Source of the DNA: an uncultured Actinomycetes bacterium
GTDB lineage: Bacteria > Actinomycetota > UBA4738 > HRBIN12
DNA length: 64,000 nucleotides
Assembly: GCA_963704725.1 (NCBI GenBank)
Contig: OY969934.1
Coordinates: 3,264,001-3,328,000 of the forward strand
Reading direction: 5' to 3'
In this document: positions 58,431-64,000 of the stretch, piece by piece
Layout: the number at the start of each line of letters is the position of its first letter
Numbering within the stretch: position 1 is the first letter of the stretch
Notes under the pieces: model-generated
Databases searched by the model: none
Seen by the model: only the letters and a program-made list of their open reading frames with translations
Told to the model about the DNA's origin: nothing
Position numbers and translations under genes: made by a program

Positions 58431-58835
58431 TCAGATGAAGGTCACGGGGCCGTCCACGTCCAGGAAGAACGAGGCGACCCCCTCCTGGTCGTCGACGAGC
58501 GGATCGAGGTCTTCGACCTTCAACCCGAACATCTCCATCGAGAGGGAGCAGGCGTGGATGGCCACCTGGCCGATGTCCTTCGCCTGCCGGAAGATCTCGC
58601 TCCAGTGCTGGCCGTTGTGCCGCCGGAGGGCGTCGAGCCCTTCGGGCCCGGCCTCCGGCGCGACCCCGTGGTCCTTGAGGACGCGATCCGCGCGGAACGC
58701 GTCGAGGGCCCAGTACTGGAGGAACACGCTGACCGGGCGGCCCATCGCGGCCGCGCCGGCCGTGAGCACGGCGGCGGCGTTCAACTTGTCATCGGTTCCC
58801 GAGAACAGGACCAACGACAGTGTGGACTCGTCCAT
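58431..58835 (-). CDS. DsrE/DsrF/DrsH-like protein (second copy)
   Basis: SLVLFSGTDDKL, GAAAMG, ACSLSMEM, GVASF. Confidence 0.87.
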   Translation of the reverse strand: MDESTLSLVLFSGTDDKLNAAAVLTAGAAAMGRPVSVFLQYWALDAFRADRVLKDHGVAPEAGPEGLDALRRHNGQHWSEIFRQAKDIGQVAIHACSLSMEMFGLKVEDLDPLVDDQEGVASFFLDVDGPVTFI

Positions 58836-59028
58836 CTCGCACCCCTTGTGTGTGTCCCCGTTGCCGTCACAGGTTGCGCAACCGGCGGGTCGCGGAGAGG
58901 GGTCCTCATGCCCGGGCCGTGCGGGACCTTCGGACCTCCGCCGATCGGGAGCCCCGGCTTCTGGCCCTTCGTTGGTTGCCTCGGCCACGCGACAGCCGGT
59001 AGCGTGGCGCGGTTCTCCCCCCACCCCC

Positions 59029-60249
59029 ATGACCATGGCCGAGCCACGGGACCACGCGAAGATGCCCGACGACGTCCTGCCCGACCCCGACCCGGGCCCC
59101 TCGATCACCGCCACGGCCACCGCCGAGGACGGTCCGGGCTCGGCGGCGGCCCCCGCCGGATCGCGACGACGGGACCGCGACTGGACGGCGATCGCCGCCA
59201 GGGTCGCGTACCTGTTGATCGCCCTCTTCCTGTTCGTGCTCGCGATCCAGCTCATGAAGGACGGAGCGAAGGCGTTGGGGCCGACCCTGTCCGACAGCCC
59301 GCTGTTCAGCAACCTCTTCTCGACGCTGGGCGCCGGCTGGCTGGGCGCCTACGTCGTCCTGTCGGGCTCGCCGGTGGCCGCCGTCGCGCTCAGCCTCTAC
59401 GTCGGTGGAGCGTCGACCGAGCTCCAGACCTTCACGATGCTCTCCGGGTCGAGGCTCGGAGCGTCCTTCGTGGTCCTCCTCGTGGGGTTCATGTACGCCC
59501 TGCGGAACCGAGGCCGGAACCGCGGGGAGTCGATCGGGATGGGCGTGCTCGCGCTCGGTCTCACCGCCGCCGTCTACGTGCCGGGGATGTTCATCGGCTA
59601 CGGGATCCTGAAGGCCGGATGGCTCAACGGGATCCGGTGGCACGCCTCCGGGGACGTCCAGTCGATGGTCGACTTCGTGTGGGGGCCGGCCCTGGACCTC
59701 CTGAGGGACCTGCCCGACTGGACGCTGCTGCCGATCGGGCTGGCGATCGTGCTCGTGTCCTTCAAGCTGCTCGACCGCGTCCTGCCCCAGCTCGATGGCG
59801 AGCGCCACGGCGGCAAGCGCGCGGAGTGGCTGAAGCGCCCCTGGCCGATGTTCCTGCTCGGCTGCGCCGTGGCCACGCTCACGCTCTCGGTCTCCGTCGC
59901 GCTCACGCTGCTCGTGCCGCTCGCGAGCCGGGGGTACATCAAGCGGCGCGAGGCCATCCCCTACATCATGGGGGCGAACATCACGACGCTCGCCGACACC
60001 CTCGTCGCGGCGATGGTGCTCGGCAACGCGGTCGCCGTCCAGATCGTCCTGGCTCAGGCCATCGCCGTCGCGGCCGTGTCGCTCGCCCTCCTGGCGTTCG
60101 CCTACCGGCCGCTGGTGGGCGGGATCATGGCGCTCGACGACTGGCTCGTGGCGTCCAACCGGCGTCTGTGGCTGTTCGTGGCCGGCCTGTTCATCCTGCC
60201 GGCGATCCTGCTCACGTCCGGCGTGTGGATCGGCCCGATCGCCCGTTGA
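59029..60249 (+). CDS. Na/Pi-cotransporter-like membrane protein
   Basis: Two repeated halves; SGSPVAA, GSRLGA, TLSVSVA, YIMGANITT. Confidence 0.7.
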   Translation: MTMAEPRDHAKMPDDVLPDPDPGPSITATATAEDGPGSAAAPAGSRRRDRDWTAIAARVAYLLIALFLFVLAIQLMKDGAKALGPTLSDSPLFSNLFSTLGAGWLGAYVVLSGSPVAAVALSLYVGGASTELQTFTMLSGSRLGASFVVLLVGFMYALRNRGRNRGESIGMGVLALGLTAAVYVPGMFIGYGILKAGWLNGIRWHASGDVQSMVDFVWGPALDLLRDLPDWTLLPIGLAIVLVSFKLLDRVLPQLDGERHGGKRAEWLKRPWPMFLLGCAVATLTLSVSVALTLLVPLASRGYIKRREAIPYIMGANITTLADTLVAAMVLGNAVAVQIVLAQAIAVAAVSLALLAFAYRPLVGGIMALDDWLVASNRRLWLFVAGLFILPAILLTSGVWIGPIAR

Positions 60250-60253
60250 GCGC

Positions 60254-61840
60254 GTGGCCGACCTGCTGATCGCCGGCGCGACGATCGTCGACGGGACCGG
60301 AGCGCCCGCCCGTCCGGGGTCGGTGCTCGTGTCCGGGAACCGGGTCGAGGCGGTGCTCGAGCCGGAGAGCCCCGAGCCGGCGGACGTCCGTCGCGTCGAC
60401 GCACGCGGCCACGTCGCCGCGCCGGGCTTCATCGACGCGCACAGCCACTCCGACGTCTCCCCGCTCGTCGAGCCCACGATGGACTCGATGCTCCGGCAGG
60501 GCGTGACGACCGTCGTCGTGGGCAACTGCGGGTCGTCGGCCTTCCCGCCGGCCGGCCTGGACGACGTCGCGGCGCTCGCCGGGGTGGCGGCCGCGGACCT
60601 GGGTGCGCCGTGGACGACGTTCGGGGGCTACCTGCAGCGCCTCACCGAGTCCCGTCCCGCCGTGAACGTCGCGCCGCTGGTCGGACACGGTGCACTTCGC
60701 CTGCAGGTCCGGGACGAGCAGCGCCGGCTGCCCACCCGCGACGACCTCGGGCGGATGGGCCGGCTCCTGGAGGAGGCCCTCGACGAGGGTGCGTTCGGCA
60801 TGTCGACCGGGCTGATCTACGCCCCCGGGCTCCACGCCGGGATCGACGAGCTCGTCGAGCTCGCCGGGACGATGGCGCGACGAGGAGGGCTGTACGCGAG
60901 CCACGTCCGCGGCGAGAGCCTGCGCGTCTTCGACGCGGTCGCCGAGTGCATCGAGATCGGACGCCGGGCCGGCGTGCCCTCCCACGTGAGCCATCTGAAG
61001 GTCGAGGGCCGCCGGATGTGGGGGCGCGCGGCCGATCTGCTCGCATCGATCGACGACGCCCGGGCGCGCGGGGACGACGTCAGCGCCGACCAGTACCCCT
61101 ACACGGCGTGGGAGACCTCGCTGTCGACGACGCTTCCGCCGTGGGTCACGCCGGAGGAGCTGAGCGGGGTCGTGGAAGACCCTCGGTCTCGGGGCCGGCT
61201 GGTGGACGCCGTCGAGAACGGCGAGCCGAGCTCGGAGAACGTGGGTCCCGGGCTCGGATGGGATCGGATCGTGGTCGGTTCGCACGTGCCCGATCCCTCG
61301 GTCACCGGCCGGACCATCGCCGAGCTCGCCGCCGAGCGCGGGCTCGGACCGGCCGAGGCCGTGCTGGAGCTCCTGCTCGCCGATCCGCACACGGGGATGA
61401 TCGGGCACGGGATGCGCGAGGACGACGTCCGCACGATCCTGTCCCGCCCCGACGTGCTCGTCGGGACGGACGGCCTCGCGGTCTCGCCCCGGGGTCCGCT
61501 CGGCGCCTACGCCGTCCACCCCCGCTACTACGGCACGTTTCCCCGGATCCTCGGGACCTACGTCCGCGAGGAGGCTTTGCTCTCGCTCGAGGACGCCGTC
61601 CGCAAGATGACCGCGCTGCCCGCCGATCGCTTCGCGCTCGCAGGTCGCGGCCGGCTCGAGCCCGGCGCGATGGCCGACCTGGTGGTGTTCGATCCCGAGC
61701 GGATCGCCGATCGCGCCACCTACGCGCTGCCGCACGCCTTCGCCGAGGGCGTGGAGCTCGTCGTCGTGAACGGACGGGTGGCGTGGGACGGGAGGCTCCA
61801 TGAGCGAGCCGGACGCGCCCTTCGCCGAGGTGAGGTCTAG
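60254..61840 (+). CDS. N-acyl-D-amino-acid deacylase family amidohydrolase
   Basis: PGFIDAHSHSD, GNCG, STGLIYAPG, SHLK, DQYPY, HPRYYGTFPR. Confidence 0.92.
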   Translation: MADLLIAGATIVDGTGAPARPGSVLVSGNRVEAVLEPESPEPADVRRVDARGHVAAPGFIDAHSHSDVSPLVEPTMDSMLRQGVTTVVVGNCGSSAFPPAGLDDVAALAGVAAADLGAPWTTFGGYLQRLTESRPAVNVAPLVGHGALRLQVRDEQRRLPTRDDLGRMGRLLEEALDEGAFGMSTGLIYAPGLHAGIDELVELAGTMARRGGLYASHVRGESLRVFDAVAECIEIGRRAGVPSHVSHLKVEGRRMWGRAADLLASIDDARARGDDVSADQYPYTAWETSLSTTLPPWVTPEELSGVVEDPRSRGRLVDAVENGEPSSENVGPGLGWDRIVVGSHVPDPSVTGRTIAELAAERGLGPAEAVLELLLADPHTGMIGHGMREDDVRTILSRPDVLVGTDGLAVSPRGPLGAYAVHPRYYGTFPRILGTYVREEALLSLEDAVRKMTALPADRFALAGRGRLEPGAMADLVVFDPERIADRATYALPHAFAEGVELVVVNGRVAWDGRLHERAGRALRRGEV

Positions 61841-62814
61841 GCGGGGCAGTCGGCCCGGCCGCTGTCCTCGCTCACCATGCACGACGACTCGTCGACGGCC
61901 TCGAACGCCGACGCGGGGATCGTCTTGAGCTGATCGAGCAGCCCGTTTCGCCAGTGGTGGTCGCGGGTCCCCTGGAAGTACCAATCGGAGCCGTTGTCGG
62001 CGACGATCATCCCATAGCGTTGCATCGCAAGAAGGATCACTCTCGCCTTCGCGCTGAAATCCGAGAGGTCGAAGCTCGACTTCAGCCGGAAGCGGGCCCC
62101 CATCGGGGGACAGTCGGGGTCGTCGACCCCCGCCTCGTGTCGCGCCGGCCACAGGTACGAATCCGTGGTGCACGAGACCGTGAAGCGGAGGGCGTGGGCG
62201 ATCTCGCCCGCCCTCACCTCGTCCCAGCGCACCAGCCCGGCCAGGATCGGCAACCCGGCGGCGTCGGCCGAGGTCCACGTGGCGGGCCGGAGGTCGTTCT
62301 CGTCGAGGTCCCAGATCGCCCCGCTCCCGGCCTCCGGGTGGCCGCCGTTCCAGTCGGCCGCGAACAGCTCGTACAGGCGACAGGTCCCGCGCTGGACGAT
62401 CAGCGCGTGACGATCCGAACCTCCCTCGACCGGCGTGTTCGCGTCGAACGGATACGGGCCGCGATCGCTCTCGTCGGCGTACTGGAAGGCGATGTGCACC
62501 TTCGGGTGGTTCCTCGGCACCGTGATGAACGGGAGCCCGTAGTTCGGAGGGCCGAAGTCGGGGTGCAGATCCGTCGACGCCGCGTCCGCCGATCGGAGCC
62601 ACATGTCGCTCATCTCGTGGACGGGCAGCGCGTCGATCCGGGTGTTCCAGATGTTGTCGGCGGGGAAGATCCGGCAGTCCGTGTTCGGCACGTTCCGGCT
62701 CACCGGCCGAAGGACCGACGCCGGCGCGGTCACGGCGGGCGAGAGCATCGCCCCGACGAGAGCCGCGCAGATCGCCGATCTCGAGATGGCCCTCACGATC
62801 GATCCCATCGGCAT
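61837..62814 (-). CDS. Secreted conserved hypothetical protein
   Basis: Signal peptide; FPADNIWNTRID, YADESD.GPYP, DRH, TSADAAGLPI, HALRFT, YGMIVADNGS. Confidence 0.82.
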   Translation of the reverse strand: MPMGSIVRAISRSAICAALVGAMLSPAVTAPASVLRPVSRNVPNTDCRIFPADNIWNTRIDALPVHEMSDMWLRSADAASTDLHPDFGPPNYGLPFITVPRNHPKVHIAFQYADESDRGPYPFDANTPVEGGSDRHALIVQRGTCRLYELFAADWNGGHPEAGSGAIWDLDENDLRPATWTSADAAGLPILAGLVRWDEVRAGEIAHALRFTVSCTTDSYLWPARHEAGVDDPDCPPMGARFRLKSSFDLSDFSAKARVILLAMQRYGMIVADNGSDWYFQGTRDHHWRNGLLDQLKTIPASAFEAVDESSCMVSEDSGRADCPA

Positions 62815-62945
62815 CTCCCGGGCAAGGACTTGACCCGTTCCCACCGTCGTCGTGCCCTCGACGGCGTCCTCGCGACATCGTGTCACACGATCGGTTCGTG
62901 GTGACGCCCGACGGGAAGGACGTCGAGCACCCCGATGTGGAGTCG

Positions 62946-63017
62946 AGCCGGCGGTCGGAATCGAACCGACGGCCACCCGCTTACAAGGCGGGCGCTCTGC
63001 CCCTGAGCTACGCCGGC
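62946..63017 (-). tRNA. tRNA-Thr(UGU), CCA not encoded
   Basis: GCCGGCG acceptor stem, AGCTCAG D arm, CCCGC-CTTGTAA-GCGGG anticodon arm, GTCGG-TTCGATT-CCGAC T arm. Confidence 0.96.
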
Positions 63018-63089
63018 GCTCGGCGCCGAGCATACGCGGTGGCACCGCGAACCCGGCAGGACCGCGGTGGGTATCCCGCGCGCGAACGG

Positions 63090-63833
63090 CTACGTGCGGC
63101 GATCGTCGACCGGGCGGAGGACGAACGCGTACAGGAGCGCGGCGAGGGCGGCCGAGGCGTTGAGCGACCCGACGCTGCCGCGCATGGGGAGCGACACGAG
63201 CACGTCGCAGGCCTCTCGCGCGAGCCGTGACATCCCCTCGCCCTCCGATCCGAGCACGACCGCGATGCGGCCCTGCGGCCGGGGCGCCTCGTACACGCTG
63301 AGGTCCGATCGCTCGTCCAACCCGACGACCGTGAACCCGGCGTCCTTCAGACGGTCCAGCGCGCGAGCGACGTTGGCGACCCGCGCGTGCGACAGGTGCA
63401 GCAGCGCTCCCGCCGACGCCCGCACCGCCGCCGGGGTCACGTCCGCGGAACGGCGGCTGCGCGTCACGAGCATCGCCGCGCCCGCGGCCTCGGCCGACCG
63501 CGCGGCCGCCCCGAGGTTCTGCGGGTCCGAGATCCCGTCCAGCACGACCACGAGCGCGTCGTCCTCGAACGGCCATCGCGCCAGGTCCCGCTCGCCCACC
63601 GGCTCGGGCGCCCGAACCCGGGCCACGACCCCGTGGTGATCCTCGGCCAGCGCGTCGAGCTCCGCGACGGACACCTCGCGAAGCGGCACCCCCCGCCGCT
63701 CCGCGGCCTCGAGGATGTCCCGGAGGGCCGGCGTCTCCCGAGCGCCGCGGTCGATCAGCGCCTCGGAGGCGCGACCGGCCCGGATCGCCTCCAGCACGGG
63801 GCGCCGGCCGGCGACGACGCCGCCGCGGCTCAC
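63090..63833 (-). CDS. rlmB: 23S rRNA (Gm2251) 2'-O-methyltransferase
   Basis: GRRPVLEA, HHGVVA, DPQNLGA, GSEGEGM, SLNAS; follows ispF. Confidence 0.92.
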   Translation of the reverse strand: MSRGGVVAGRRPVLEAIRAGRASEALIDRGARETPALRDILEAAERRGVPLREVSVAELDALAEDHHGVVARVRAPEPVGERDLARWPFEDDALVVVLDGISDPQNLGAAARSAEAAGAAMLVTRSRRSADVTPAAVRASAGALLHLSHARVANVARALDRLKDAGFTVVGLDERSDLSVYEAPRPQGRIAVVLGSEGEGMSRLAREACDVLVSLPMRGSVGSLNASAALAALLYAFVLRPVDDRRT

Positions 63834-64000
63834 TCGCCGCGCAGGACCGCGAGGGCCAGGCATCCGATCCCATCTCCGACGAGGCCCAGCCCCTCGGGCC
63901 GGGTCGCCTTGACCGACACGCGGGACACATCCACGCCGAGCGCCGACGCGAGGTGGCTCCGCATCTCGTCTCGCACCGGGGCGATCGCCGGGCGCTCGGC
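63830..64000 (-). CDS. ispF: 2-C-methyl-D-erythritol 2,4-cyclodiphosphate synthase, 3' end (partial)
   Basis: AERPAIAP...VSVKATRPEGLG...GIGCLALAVL; GTGA overlap with rlmB. Confidence 0.82.
   Translation of the reverse strand, partial: AERPAIAPVRDEMRSHLASALGVDVSRVSVKATRPEGLGLVGDGIGCLALAVLRGE

Noticed and set aside
58923-58936. GGGACCTTCGGACC as a DosR/DevR-type box
   Set aside because: Only a partial match in GC-rich DNA and no cognate regulator nearby
62946-63017. tRNA-Thr as an integration site for an island
   Set aside because: No integrase, no duplicated tRNA 3' end noticed, and no obvious compositional shift

Overview
Very GC-rich bacterial chromosomal segment, most consistent with an Actinomycetota genome (inferred from a monocistronic groEL with CIRCE, large NAD-glutamate dehydrogenase, DUF3263/LytR_C pair and many leaderless genes). 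About 65 genes are supported, mostly housekeeping or metabolic: tdh-kbl, ade, tkt, a kamA-like gene, moaA, groEL, acs, treT-otsA/otsB, gdh, rlmB, a partial ispF and tRNA-Thr(UGU). I see no CRISPR array, integrase or transposase. The most interesting region is 22.9-26.9 kb. It holds a CRP-type regulator and a membrane M50 metalloprotease with an N-terminal PqqD/RRE-like domain and two cNMP-binding domains. It also holds a B-box-like Zn-finger protein and two tiny basic-peptide genes, one of them (39 aa, Lys-rich) absent from the ORF track. Each peptide gene has a strong SD and a downstream hairpin, and both share the same promoter layout of tandem CRP-like boxes at about -42 and -65. This suggests an uncharacterised cyclic-nucleotide-controlled peptide/protease system. 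Also notable are a dsrE-tusA-sqr-tusA-dsrE sulfur cluster, a MogA-XdhC fusion, and paired Ser/Thr-nucleophile phosphoesterases. All family calls come from motif recognition by eye, not from database searches.
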